Notes: generated from the sequence alone by a model not told the origin. A DNA stretch of 64,000 nucleotides from Truepera sp. (GCA_965218435.1 CBDCKW010000009.1:640001-704000), one strand, 5' to 3'. Numbered from the stretch's first letter, positions 10,196 to 20,031 are shown. Made by a program: numbers and translations.

Positions 10196-11071
10196 GTGAG
10201 TTTTACGAAACCCGTCTCAACTTTTTCTATCGTCGCGCTCGATCCGGAAACCGGCGACTTGGGCGTCGCTACAGCGTCTAGGTTTTTAGCTGTTGGTAGC
10301 GTCGTCCCCTTTGCCGAAGCGGGGCTCGGCGCGGTTGCCACTCAGTCTTATGCCAATACAACCTTCGGGCCGCGTACCCTAATGGCTCTTCGGGGCGGCA
10401 TCTCCTTAGAGCTTATCTCCCAAGCGTTCGCCGAATCCGACGAGCAGCACGATCAGCGGCAGTACGGCTTGGTAGACGCGCACAGTCACGCGCTGACCTT
10501 TACCGGCGCAGCGTGTCATCCGTGGGCCGGGGGCCGCACCGGTGAGGGCTACGCGGCGCAAGGTAATCTGCTCGCCGGGCCGGAGGTGGTAGACGCGCTT
10601 TGTGAAACGTTCGGGGGAACTAAAGGATCACTAGCCGAGCGCCTGATTGCGGCACTTAAAGCAGGAGACGCGGCGGGCGGCGACAAACGCGGGCGGCAGT
10701 CGGCGGCGCTTTTGGTCGTTCGTCAGGAAGGTGGCTACGGCGGCTTTAACGACCGCTATTTGGACCTGCGCGTAGACGACCACCCTGCGCCGGTCGGGGA
10801 GTTGGAGCGCCTTTTAGAACTACACGGACTCTATTTTGAGCGCCCAAGTGCAAACGATATTTTAACGATTGATGACGCTCTTTCCAAACGCGTGCAAGGT
10901 GTGCTCGTCCGGGCAGGGCAGCTGGATAAACCTCGAGACACCTGGGACGCCGAAGCAGACGCGGCACTTAGAGGACTCGCGGGGATTGAAAACTTAGAGG
11001 AACGCCTGTTAGAACCGGGTCAGATTGACCGGGTAGTGCTGGGGTATCTCAAGCGCAAATACCCGGCTTAG
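10196..11071 (+). CDS. DUF1028 (Ntn-hydrolase-like) protein with C-terminal putative PG-binding domain
   Basis: TFSIVA, VATQS, GGDKRGRQSAAL and DLRVDDH motifs. Confidence 0.88.
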   Translation: MSFTKPVSTFSIVALDPETGDLGVATASRFLAVGSVVPFAEAGLGAVATQSYANTTFGPRTLMALRGGISLELISQAFAESDEQHDQRQYGLVDAHSHALTFTGAACHPWAGGRTGEGYAAQGNLLAGPEVVDALCETFGGTKGSLAERLIAALKAGDAAGGDKRGRQSAALLVVRQEGGYGGFNDRYLDLRVDDHPAPVGELERLLELHGLYFERPSANDILTIDDALSKRVQGVLVRAGQLDKPRDTWDAEADAALRGLAGIENLEERLLEPGQIDRVVLGYLKRKYPA

Positions 11072-11075
11072 GGTT

Positions 11076-11558
11076 TTAACTCACCTGTTTTCGCAGCAAT
11101 TCTTTTAGCTGAAACTCGTGGCGGATGGGATGCATGACGGCGTGCTCTAACACTGCGTTAATCCAAAAAGGTATACCAGGAGTGAAAACAGTCCCGGGTG
11201 GCGGCTCGAGCCTGTCGTCCAAGATATCAGCCAGGGGCAGACGCCAGCGTGCTAAGACGTGCTCGAGATAACTCTCTGCCTCCACTTCAATAACGTCAAC
11301 TTCCGGAACCGGTTTGATGTCAGGGTCGGGTAACTCGAGGTTCCTACATATTCCGACCATGTAGTTTCGGGCAGCACTCAAAATATGTTGGAGCAGCGTT
11401 TCTAGAGATCGGTAGTTCTCATCGTTTGTTTCGGGGAGTTTAATGTTCGCTTTTTTGGCCTGCTTCCAGACCTCTACGCACTGCCGCAGGTGCTTTTCGT
11501 GCAGCAAAACCAAGGCTCTTGCGCCTCGAGATTTGTAATCGCCCAGTTCTTCAGTCAT
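11076..11558 (-). CDS. DinB/YfiT-like four-helix protein
   Basis: LQHIL and LEHAVMHPIRH His pattern; start at ATG 11558. Confidence 0.65.
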   Translation of the reverse strand: MTEELGDYKSRGARALVLLHEKHLRQCVEVWKQAKKANIKLPETNDENYRSLETLLQHILSAARNYMVGICRNLELPDPDIKPVPEVDVIEVEAESYLEHVLARWRLPLADILDDRLEPPPGTVFTPGIPFWINAVLEHAVMHPIRHEFQLKELLRKQVS

Positions 11559-12030
11559 AGTTTGCCCTCCCAGCTCCGCCCGCACTTTTCGTGTAAGACA
11601 CGTCTCTTACAACAATAGTCTGAGGCTCAAATCTGATGAGCAAGCTGTCCCTAGCGGCTAGCGCAGCCTTAAAGCGTTCGTCCCAGGCGCTTTCGTCAGC
11701 TCCCAGGTAGCGGCGCAGCAAGGTACGCGCTCGCCCAACCTCAAAAGGTTCGACAACGGCTCGCCCACGCATCCCGACGTGTTCGACCAAACCGGTTTGA
11801 ACGTCAAAGTCAACGATGCCGACCGCGCAGCGAGGGTCCTTTTGAATACGCTTTGGGAAAGTATCGGTCTTCTCATTGCCAATGATCCAAAGTGCGTCGT
11901 CTTCCCACAAAAACCAGACTGGGGAATCCCTCGGGCCGTCTTCTGAAGTCGTTGCCAGGTACGCGAAAAGTGGACGTAACAAGAACTCTCCCAGATTTGG
12001 CGCACGTTCTCGGTCATGGATAATTTCCAC
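11551..12030 (-). CDS. Pyridoxamine 5'-phosphate oxidase-family (FMN split-barrel) protein
   Basis: LATTSEDGPRDSPVWF, IQKDPRCA. Confidence 0.85.
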   Translation of the reverse strand: MEIIHDRERAPNLGEFLLRPLFAYLATTSEDGPRDSPVWFLWEDDALWIIGNEKTDTFPKRIQKDPRCAVGIVDFDVQTGLVEHVGMRGRAVVEPFEVGRARTLLRRYLGADESAWDERFKAALAARDSLLIRFEPQTIVVRDVSYTKSAGGAGRANYD

Positions 12031-12045
12031 CGTTTTTGTACCTGT

Positions 12046-12549
12046 TCAGGTAACCTCGAGGCTGCGCCACAGCCTTAGCGTCTGCGCACCATCTGCTGTT
12101 CGTGGCTCCGTTTCGCGCAAGGCGAAACCCTTAGCTAAGTAGAACGGTACGCCTTTGCTATTTCGTTTCTCGACGCTTACCCATTGTTCGGTTGCTCCGA
12201 ATCCGCGTTGCTGCTCAGTCAGAGCTTTTAGCAATTGGGTGCCAATCCCTTGGCCGAGACGAGCCGGGTTGAGATAAAGGACGAACACTTCACCAACTGC
12301 GGTAGCAGTCATCCCGCCCCCGATAGCGCCGACGACTTCACCGTTCTCTTTGGCAACGATGTAACCGCCCCATTCGCGTCTGGGTGGCCCGGTTACTTCC
12401 TTAGTAATGCGCTCTAGGTTGTAATACTCGGCAACGATGCGGTCTATATATTCGCTTGCAAAAAGCTCTTGATAGGTCTCACGCCACGCGGTACTGCACA
12501 TTCTGGAGATGGCTTCAGCGTCTTCCGGCGTAGCCTGAACGATTTCCAC
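12046..12549 (-). CDS. GNAT acetyltransferase
   Basis: LYLNPARLGQGIGTQLL motif A; N..G..FY...GF. Confidence 0.9.
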   Translation of the reverse strand: MEIVQATPEDAEAISRMCSTAWRETYQELFASEYIDRIVAEYYNLERITKEVTGPPRREWGGYIVAKENGEVVGAIGGGMTATAVGEVFVLYLNPARLGQGIGTQLLKALTEQQRGFGATEQWVSVEKRNSKGVPFYLAKGFALRETEPRTADGAQTLRLWRSLEVT

Positions 12550-13398
12550 TTATTGCCCCTTAAACTCCGCTGTCCGCTTCTCCAAAAACGCGCTCGTCCC
12601 CTCCTTGGCGTCTTCGGTTTGCAGGGCCATCCCAAAGAGGTCGGCTTCAACCTCGAGCCCCTGCCCCAAGCTCAAATCTTGCCCGCGCACCACCGCTTCT
12701 TTGGCAAGTCCGAGGGCGACCGGCGCATTTTTCAGAGTGAGGCGAGCGAGGTCTAACGCCCCCTCGAGGGCGTCGTCTACCACCCGGTTGACTAAACCCA
12801 TCTGCAACGCTTCGTCCGCGCTGACGTGCCGCCCGGTAAAGATCAGGTCGAACGCTCGCCCCTGCCCGATCAGTCGGGGCAACCGCTGGGTGCCGCCGTA
12901 ACCGGGGATGATGCCCAAACCGACTTCGGGAAGTCCTAGTTTGGCGGCGTGGCTGGCGACGCGCAGGTCGGCGGCCAAGGCCAGCTCGAGCCCGCCCCCA
13001 AGCGCAAAGCCGTTGATGGCGGCCACAGTCGGGATGGGCAAGGCGGCGAGCGTGTTCATCACGTCTTGTCCGGCTAGGGCACTTTCACGCCCGCTAAAGC
13101 TGTCTGTGGAGCCTTGTAACCCGGCAATATCGGCCCCGGCAACAAACGCCCGCCCGCTCCCGGTGATGACGAGCGCCTGAACCCCAAGGTCGGCTTGCGC
13201 CAACTCAAAGGCGACGCCGAGCTCGTACAAAACCTGCGCGTTCAGCGCGTTGAGGGCCTCGGGCCGGTTGATAGTGATAACGGCTACGCCGTCTGTAACG
13301 TCAAACTCTAACGTTTGCAATTCTGAACTGAGGTCGCTCAGCTCGAGTTCGTCGTACTCGTCTAAAAGGTCGTGGTCGTGCTCGTGTGCGTCGCTCAT
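12550..13398 (-). CDS. Enoyl-CoA hydratase (crotonase family)
   Basis: AFVAGADI, ALGGGLEL, PEVGLGIIPGYGGTQRL. Confidence 0.95.
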   Translation of the reverse strand: MSDAHEHDHDLLDEYDELELSDLSSELQTLEFDVTDGVAVITINRPEALNALNAQVLYELGVAFELAQADLGVQALVITGSGRAFVAGADIAGLQGSTDSFSGRESALAGQDVMNTLAALPIPTVAAINGFALGGGLELALAADLRVASHAAKLGLPEVGLGIIPGYGGTQRLPRLIGQGRAFDLIFTGRHVSADEALQMGLVNRVVDDALEGALDLARLTLKNAPVALGLAKEAVVRGQDLSLGQGLEVEADLFGMALQTEDAKEGTSAFLEKRTAEFKGQ

Positions 13399-14264
13399 GA
13401 TTCGTTCTCCTCATAGCGGTAAAAACCTTCACCGCTCTTGCGCCCCAACTTACCGGCCCGGACGTACTGCCGTAAAAGTGTCGGTACCCGAAACTTGGGG
13501 TCTTGAAACTCACCGTACAAAGATTCTGCAGCGGCCAGCGCGATGTCTAGGCCCACCAGATCAATCAGCGCAAGCGGGCCAATCGGCATATTCGCCCCGA
13601 GTTTCATGGCGGTGTCAATCGCTTCGGGCGTACCGACCCCTTCTTGGAGGGCAAATACGGCGTCGTTTAGGTACGGAATTAAAAGCCGGTTGACGATAAA
13701 ACCGGGCTTATCGTCACACACGACAGCCGTTTTACCGAGGCGTTCGACTAAACTTTGGGCACGTTTTACGGTTTGTTCAGTGGTTTGCTGCGCCCGCACA
13801 ACTTCGACGAGCGGCAGAATCGGCGCAGGGTTAAAAAAGTGGAGGCCGCAAAAGCGTTCAGGTTGCGGAACGCCCGCGGCGATTTCAGTCACGGAGAGGC
13901 TCGAGGTGTTCGTCGCTAAAAGTGCATTGTCAGAGACGACTTCCGCAAGTTCGGCCCACACCGTCCGTTTAACTGCTAAAGTTTCAAACACGGCCTCAAC
14001 GACGGTTTCAGCGCCGCTCAACGCTTCTTTATCGGTTGCTGTAGTGATACGCCCGAGTGCGGCTCCCCGCTCCTCGTCAGTCAGGTTGCCCTTTTTGACG
14101 ATTCGCGCGAGGCTGCTCTCGATACTTTTGACGCCCCTAGCTAGTGCGTCCTCTTGCTGGTCGTACAAGGTGACGTTCATCCCGGCGACCGCGCAGACCT
14201 GCGCGATCCCTGCGCCCATCGTGCCCGCACCGACGACGCCGACTTGACCTTCGGCTTGACTCAT
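13395..14264 (-). CDS. hbd: 3-hydroxybutyryl-CoA dehydrogenase
   Basis: GAGTMGAGIA, NTSSL, GLHFFNP, PGFIVNRL; start ATG 14264 overlaps the deoD stop. Confidence 0.92.
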   Translation of the reverse strand: MSQAEGQVGVVGAGTMGAGIAQVCAVAGMNVTLYDQQEDALARGVKSIESSLARIVKKGNLTDEERGAALGRITTATDKEALSGAETVVEAVFETLAVKRTVWAELAEVVSDNALLATNTSSLSVTEIAAGVPQPERFCGLHFFNPAPILPLVEVVRAQQTTEQTVKRAQSLVERLGKTAVVCDDKPGFIVNRLLIPYLNDAVFALQEGVGTPEAIDTAMKLGANMPIGPLALIDLVGLDIALAAAESLYGEFQDPKFRVPTLLRQYVRAGKLGRKSGEGFYRYEENES

Positions 14265-14968
14265 CTCGCCCCTCCTAACGTAAGGCACGCCTCGAGCGCA
14301 CTCTTTGTCATCACCAAAACCTGTGCCTGCAAAAAGTTTGGGTCAATCAGCTGTGAATCGCCGATACGGTTTGAGGCGACCAAGATACAGCCGGTCTCAA
14401 CCTGCCGGAGTTTACCGAGTAAAAAGAGGGCGGAGGCTTCCATCTCGAGGGCCAACACGCCGCGTTCAGCGAGCTTCGGCACATCGTCCGGGCCGGTCGC
14501 GTAAAAGGCGTCTTCGGTTTGAATGAGTCCGATGTGGGCTCCCGGCGCAGCGTCAGCGAGGGCCTTCGTTACGGCAAATGAGGCGCAGGGCGCGTAGGGG
14601 TCGCCGCGCAGGTACATCCGGGTCGTCCCGTCTTGCGGCACCGAGGCGTTCGCCACTACCAGGTCACCGGGAGCCACGGTGTCCGAAACAATTCCGGCGG
14701 TACCGACCCTAAGAAGCGTCTTCGCCCCTAACCGGACGAGTTCTTCGGTGACGATCGCGAGGCTCGGACAACCCATCCCAGTTGTTTGGACCGAGACGCG
14801 CAGACCCTTGTAGGTACCCGTATAACCCCACAAGCCCCGGTGGTCGGTATAGCGGTGCGGCGACCTGAAAAAGGTCTCAGCGATGAATTTGGCGCGGTTC
14901 GGGTCGCCCGGTAAGAGCACGAACGGCGCGACGTCGCCGGGTTCGGCGTGCAGGTGAAGTTCAGCCAC
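14261..14968 (-). CDS. deoD: Purine nucleoside phosphorylase (DeoD-type)
   Basis: LLPGDPNRAK, TGMGCPS, RVGTAG, LEMEASAL. Confidence 0.88.
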   Translation of the reverse strand: MAELHLHAEPGDVAPFVLLPGDPNRAKFIAETFFRSPHRYTDHRGLWGYTGTYKGLRVSVQTTGMGCPSLAIVTEELVRLGAKTLLRVGTAGIVSDTVAPGDLVVANASVPQDGTTRMYLRGDPYAPCASFAVTKALADAAPGAHIGLIQTEDAFYATGPDDVPKLAERGVLALEMEASALFLLGKLRQVETGCILVASNRIGDSQLIDPNFLQAQVLVMTKSALEACLTLGGAR

Positions 14969-15011
14969 CCCTCAAGATACCAGCTCAGGGGCATAAAGCC
15001 CCGGTAAGGTG

Positions 15012-15454
15012 TCAGTCACGCCAGGGATGTAGACGACGACGGAGCAACCAATCTGCTGAAACGAGGTGGAGGGTTGCTGCAACCGCAGGAAACAGCGTTT
15101 GTCCCAAGTTACCGTAGCTCACTCCACTCCGATAAGGGCGTCTAAAGCTTGGACAAGCCCCGCTAAAACGAGGAGACCGCCTAACCAACTCGTAGACCCG
15201 AGTAACCCTAAAGCGGCAATAAAGCCGGTGAGCGGCAGACTCCGAGCGGCGTAAAACCTCACATAAAGATCAGCGGCCGACGTTACTACGCTTTCACTTG
15301 GCAGCAAAATGTTGGGATTGATGAGAGCGGCAACAGCAAAGATGCCTGAAGCCGCAGCGACGAGCACGTTGACTGTAACGATCACTTTGCGGCGCAGCCC
15401 CCCGCTAACTTCTTGATTTGTTTGCTCGGCAGAATCATTCTGTTTACGGTTCAT
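15012..15454 (-). pseudogene. Membrane protein (DUF4267-like) frameshifted by a 5-bp duplication
   Basis: ORF stops at ...DALIGVE*; removing one ACTCC of ACTCCACTCC (15121-15130) restores ...DALIGVSYGNLGQTLFPAVAATLHLVSADWLL, 145 aa, stop at 15012. Confidence 0.7.
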
Positions 15455-15764
15455 TCGGAGATGCTAGCGCGTAAATCGCAATAAATAAATGATGCAACGC
15501 CGCAGCATAGGTTGCAACTAGGGTTGTAACTAGCAATGAAGACGGTAACGTTTCTTACCGGATGTACTAGGCGCACGACTCACGACATGTTTTTTGTAGA
15601 CAATGCTGTAGACACCACTTTTGCAGGCACTGCCGGACGCCGCTAAGTTCCGTAAAAGGCGAATTTTCTACATGGCCGTCTTAGCTGGCGGCGTAGGCTG
15701 TAACTCTATGGGTCAACCGTTCCCTTTCTTTGCGTCTTCACCTGCTTATTGGCGGAGTGTTTAG

Positions 15765-16130
15765 GTGAGCCCTGCGGCATTTTTGGCGCAGCTGCTCGCC
15801 CTCGACGGTGTGCTGGACGCGGCGCTGATCGGCCCGTCGGGGGAGCCGCTCGAGCCTCTACAAGGGGCACAGCTACTTGCGCCCGTTCAAAAGGCGCTTA
15901 CGACCTACCTGAGTTCTGACCGGGTACTCGCCGAGCTTTTGGGCGCTGAAACGCCGCTCCAGACCCTTTTAGAGTTTGATTCCGAAACGGTGCTGCTTAC
16001 GCTGAGTACCCAGCTCAGCGGTAGGCCGTGCCGCGTCGTCACGCTCTGCGGGGTACGCGACTTAGGCGGAGTACGTTCCGGGCTCGAGCGGCTTTTACCT
16101 GAAGCGGCTCAGGTCTCTGTATCTGGCTAG
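15765..16130 (+). CDS. Roadblock/LC7 (MglB-like) protein
   Basis: L..L...DGVLDAALIGPSGEPL pattern, about 120 aa. Confidence 0.65.
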   Translation: MSPAAFLAQLLALDGVLDAALIGPSGEPLEPLQGAQLLAPVQKALTTYLSSDRVLAELLGAETPLQTLLEFDSETVLLTLSTQLSGRPCRVVTLCGVRDLGGVRSGLERLLPEAAQVSVSG

Positions 16131-16245
16131 TTTCGCACGTGGCAAACGCACGGTGTAAGGGGCAGTAGGCTGGGTTTCGCTGCGGTGACTGGGTAGCCGA
16201 CCAGATACTGTAAGCGTGCGGTAGGCTTAGGCTCTGGAGGTTTTG

Positions 16246-16518
16246 ATGAGTGTCAGAGAGCTTAAGCTCGAGGTTGATAAAGAAACGGCTCGGGGACGCT
16301 ACGCGAACGTCGCCATTATCGCGCACACCAAAGACGAGTTTATTTTAGATTTTGCCCTCGCTTACCCAGGGCAGTCGCCGGTGGTCGGGTCGCGTGTCAT
16401 TACCAGCCCTCAACACGCCAAGGCGCTCTTGCGCAGCTTAGAAGACAACGTGCGCAAATACGAAGCGCGGTTTGGCATGATCGGCGAGCCGCCGCGTCCT
16501 CCGGCAGAAGATAACTAG
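16246..16518 (+). CDS. DUF3467 family protein
   Basis: GRYANVAIIAHTKDEFILDF...SRVITSPQHAK; GGAGG RBS. Confidence 0.88.
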   Translation: MSVRELKLEVDKETARGRYANVAIIAHTKDEFILDFALAYPGQSPVVGSRVITSPQHAKALLRSLEDNVRKYEARFGMIGEPPRPPAEDN

Positions 16519-16741
16519 CGTAAGCCAACATAGAAGACAACTAGGCGCAGTACAAATACAGTAACGAGTCTCGAGCCGTGAGTCAAAGCTTTTGGTTTTT
16601 ACTCGCTGCTCGGTGCTCTCTACTTTTAACTTACTGCTCCACTGTCGGCAAACCTCTTTTGGCACGCTTTACGCCTCTGTAGCCCTGGATGCTGTTTTTC
16701 GGCTTACCTGCATTCGGCGGTGCGGGGGCTTTAATAATCTC

Positions 16742-17359
16742 ATGCCTGAAGTGGTCACGGTTTACTACGATTACGTCTGCCCTTTTGCCTGGCGCGGCGC
16801 GGAACTTGCCGAGCAGGTTGCGCCCGCGCTGGGACTTACCTTTCAGTGGCGACACTTTTCTCTCTACCAAAGTAACTACGCGGGCGGCAGCGGTTGGCAG
16901 CTTTGGAACCAGAAGTTGTCGCTTGATGATGAGGGGGGCGACAAGGGACTCCTGCCCTTTATGGCGTCTTGCGCGGCGCGGCGTCAGGGCGGAGAAAAAC
17001 ACGCGGTATTCCGCCTCGAGCTGATGCGTGCGCGTCACCGTGACCACAAACCCTTCACCTTGAAAACGCTGCGCGAGGTGGCCCAACGTGCAGCTCTCGA
17101 CCTGCCCCGTTTCGAGTCCGACCTCTCGAACCCCGAATGCCGGACCGTCCTAGCGCACGAACATCATCACGCGGTATCGCAAAACATCTTCGGGACCCCG
17201 ACCTTTAGTTTTGAAAGCGGCCACACCGCCTATTTTAGAATTAAAGAGCTGCCGCGCACAACTGCAGAGGCCGTCGCCCTCTTTTCGGGCTACCGCGACC
17301 TGCTCGAGCACTACCCCTATCTCGAGACGGTCAAACGGCCCCGGCCCAAAGGCAATTAA
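16742..17359 (+). CDS. DsbA/thioredoxin-fold protein (single-Cys CPFA)
   Basis: YYDYVCPFAW and IFGTPTF; start trimmed to ATG 16742. Confidence 0.82.
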   Translation: MPEVVTVYYDYVCPFAWRGAELAEQVAPALGLTFQWRHFSLYQSNYAGGSGWQLWNQKLSLDDEGGDKGLLPFMASCAARRQGGEKHAVFRLELMRARHRDHKPFTLKTLREVAQRAALDLPRFESDLSNPECRTVLAHEHHHAVSQNIFGTPTFSFESGHTAYFRIKELPRTTAEAVALFSGYRDLLEHYPYLETVKRPRPKGN

Positions 17360-17640
17360 AACTGGAAGCTTTTGGCCTGCTCAGCTAGCGGCGTTTACGG
17401 CGTACGTCTATAGCGTGGTGTAAGGGAAAAGAGAATACCGTAGTCGGTGGTCGCCGGCTTAGCAGAGAAAATCGCGTCTCGCCAAGGCTCATTAGTGCAT
17501 CTTGATCAAAGCGGGGAATTGCCCCTATCAAACCGAGCTTTGCTTGCTACGGCCTGACTCAGGGCTAGATCACGTTCTAAACACTGCTCAAGACTTGACG
17601 TGCATTTTTTGTAAGACTTGCTGCTCTAAACTGTAGGCTG

Positions 17641-17665
17641 TTAAGAGCTGAGTTGCAGCTCTTAA
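17641..17665. promoter_or_regulatory. Perfect 10-bp inverted repeat in the kinase leader (operator or RNA hairpin)
   Basis: TTAAGAGCTG-agttg-CAGCTCTTAA, ending 15-18 nt upstream of the kinase start. Confidence 0.45.
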
Positions 17666-17680
17666 GGTGACGAGGGCGCG

Positions 17681-19969
17681 GTGATGGAGGCGTTGGTGTT
17701 TTGGTCGGGTGTGGCACTATGGCTTTTGGGGATGACGCTGCTGCTGCGTTCGCCCAAATTTTTGGGTGCGGGCGTCCTAGCGTCGCTGTTCGCCTTGGGT
17801 GGGCTGTGCGCCTTTCTCGGGGGGGATGGGCGCGCCACCACGCCACTTCTCTTGCAGGCCCTGGCACTCGGCGTCTTTTTACCCCCGAGCCGCCCCAAAC
17901 GTGCGCCCCGCGTCGCACAGCGCAAAACACCCCATAAAACACCGCACAAGACATTGCGCAAAACACCGCGTAAGAGCAGCAGAGCCGGTTGGAACCTCCC
18001 CAAGGTTCCATTCAAATTACCCAACTTGACGGCGAAACTGACCTTAGCCGCACCCACCCTCGCTACCGGCTCTTACGAAGCGCCTGCTGCTCAAGCTTCG
18101 GCCGACCATAGAGCTGATTATGACGCCAGCTCCCCCTTTGACCTGTGGGACATTCCGGGGTACGACGTTTTGGAGAAAGTCGGGTCCGGAGGGATGGCGA
18201 GCGTGTTCCGGGCACACCGTAAACGCGACGGGGCGCTCGTCGCCCTAAAGGTTCCAAACGAACACTTTGTCGGCGACGAAGGGTTTATCCGCCGCTTTCA
18301 TCAAGAAGCGGAGGTCGCGCAGCGGTTTGTTCACGCCAACATCGTCCGGACGTTTGAACATGGCACTGTAGGAGCCAAACACTTTATCGTGATGGAGTTT
18401 GTCGAGGGTCACAGTTTGGAAAACTATATTGACGCGGCAACAGCGCGTTACGACTACGCGGTGAGCTGCGAGTTGATGCGGCAGGCTGTCTGTGCGCTCA
18501 GCTATATTCACGGCGCAGGCGTCGTCCACCGCGACATCAAACCGGCGAACATGATGCTCCGGCAGAGCGGCTTGGCGGCTGAAGATGCCGACCATCAAGC
18601 CGCTGACAATAACGCTGACGATAGTGAGGGCGGCGTCGCGCCGGACGCGCTCAAGCTGATGGACTTCGGCGTCGCCGGGGGGCAGGTCAGCAAGCTTACA
18701 GTCATGGGCGCGCGCGTCGGCACGCCGACCTATATGTCGCCGGAGCAGGCCAGGGGTTTACGTTCGGATGAGCGCAGCGACGTCTACAGTTTAGGACTGG
18801 TTTTTTACGAGCTGTTAACCGGGCAGTCGGCCTTTCGGGGGGGCTACGAGGTTATTGTCCATCAGCAGATTTTCCAATTGCCGCCTCCGCCCCGGCAGCT
18901 CGAGCCCCGGATTCCGCTACAGCTCGAGCGCCTGGTGATGCAGATGATTGCCAAGGAACCCGGGGCACGCCCCAGCCTGGCGGAGATTGAGCACCGCTTG
19001 CTAGCACCCTTCGAGCTGCCTGAACTCAGGAGTAAAAGTCGGCTTTTATGTGCGCTGGGGGCAACCCAGGGTTCACTCCGTATTTTCGATACTGCGGGGA
19101 ATATCGGCGCGTCGGCTGACCTTGGGACCGCCCTCCCCGCACTGCCCCAGGCGTGTGCCAGCGACAGTCGGGGCAACCTTTATGTTGCTGTGGCCGACGC
19201 TGCCGAACCTAACCCTCTACCCAAGCATGACCCCGGCGCAGAACCGAACCCACGGTCCGCTAAAGGCCACGCGCTGATCTACAAATTGGCCCCGGACGGT
19301 GTACTGCTCGGGTCATTTGGGCATTACGGGATGAGGCCGGGGGAGTTTTTGCGGCCGGTGGCCCTAGCCGCTGCCCCGGACGACAGCGTCTGGGTGCTCG
19401 ACGCGGAGACGCACCGGCTCGAGCATTTCCGCGAAGATGGCCTCTACTTGGGCGGGTTTGGCGGTCCGGGCGTGGGCGAAGGGCGGTTTAACGATCCTCG
19501 GGACCTGCTCATTAGCGCCCAAGGCGAGCTGTTTGTTCTCGACTACGGCAACCGTCAGGTACAACACTTCGGTTCGGACGGCCGTTACAAAAATCGCTGG
19601 GCGTTTCGTGCTTCGAGTAAGGCCGATGAAGACCCCGGCACAACGACCCTGGCCGGTTCTGCGGAACTGCGGCTGTTAAACGGGTTTACGCTCGCTCAGA
19701 GTGGCGACCTCTACTTGAGAGAAGCGCAAAGTGGCGAGGTTCACCGGATTTCGCCCCTAAGTGGGGCTATTGAAACTCTGAGCTTGGGGCAAACAGAGAC
19801 GGCTCGCCCGGGCGTTTTGCTTGACTTAGGCGTTGACGACGCCGGTCAGCTGTTTCTTGCCGTGCGCGGGAGCAGCCGGATTCGCAAATACACGCCGAGC
19901 GGCGAACTGCTCGCTACGTTAGAGACATATGCCCCTATCTCACAGTTGCGAGTTGACGTAAGAGCTTAG
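17681..19969 (+). CDS. Membrane-anchored Hanks-type Ser/Thr kinase with C-terminal NHL-repeat beta-propeller
   Basis: GSGGMASV, VALK, HRDIKPAN, DFG, YMSPEQ; NHL-like GEFLRPVALA and GRFNDPRDL; N-terminal TM helices. Confidence 0.92.
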   Translation: MMEALVFWSGVALWLLGMTLLLRSPKFLGAGVLASLFALGGLCAFLGGDGRATTPLLLQALALGVFLPPSRPKRAPRVAQRKTPHKTPHKTLRKTPRKSSRAGWNLPKVPFKLPNLTAKLTLAAPTLATGSYEAPAAQASADHRADYDASSPFDLWDIPGYDVLEKVGSGGMASVFRAHRKRDGALVALKVPNEHFVGDEGFIRRFHQEAEVAQRFVHANIVRTFEHGTVGAKHFIVMEFVEGHSLENYIDAATARYDYAVSCELMRQAVCALSYIHGAGVVHRDIKPANMMLRQSGLAAEDADHQAADNNADDSEGGVAPDALKLMDFGVAGGQVSKLTVMGARVGTPTYMSPEQARGLRSDERSDVYSLGLVFYELLTGQSAFRGGYEVIVHQQIFQLPPPPRQLEPRIPLQLERLVMQMIAKEPGARPSLAEIEHRLLAPFELPELRSKSRLLCALGATQGSLRIFDTAGNIGASADLGTALPALPQACASDSRGNLYVAVADAAEPNPLPKHDPGAEPNPRSAKGHALIYKLAPDGVLLGSFGHYGMRPGEFLRPVALAAAPDDSVWVLDAETHRLEHFREDGLYLGGFGGPGVGEGRFNDPRDLLISAQGELFVLDYGNRQVQHFGSDGRYKNRWAFRASSKADEDPGTTTLAGSAELRLLNGFTLAQSGDLYLREAQSGEVHRISPLSGAIETLSLGQTETARPGVLLDLGVDDAGQLFLAVRGSSRIRKYTPSGELLATLETYAPISQLRVDVRA

Positions 19970-20001
19970 TGCGCCGGTTTTGAGGGTAACTGTCAGCTCG
20001 T

Positions 20002-20031
20002 GCAAAACCCTGTCCGGTAGCCGGGTTTTGC
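20002..20031 (+). terminator. Stem-loop after the kinase gene
   Basis: GCAAAACCC...GGGTTTTGC 9-bp stem. Confidence 0.45.
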
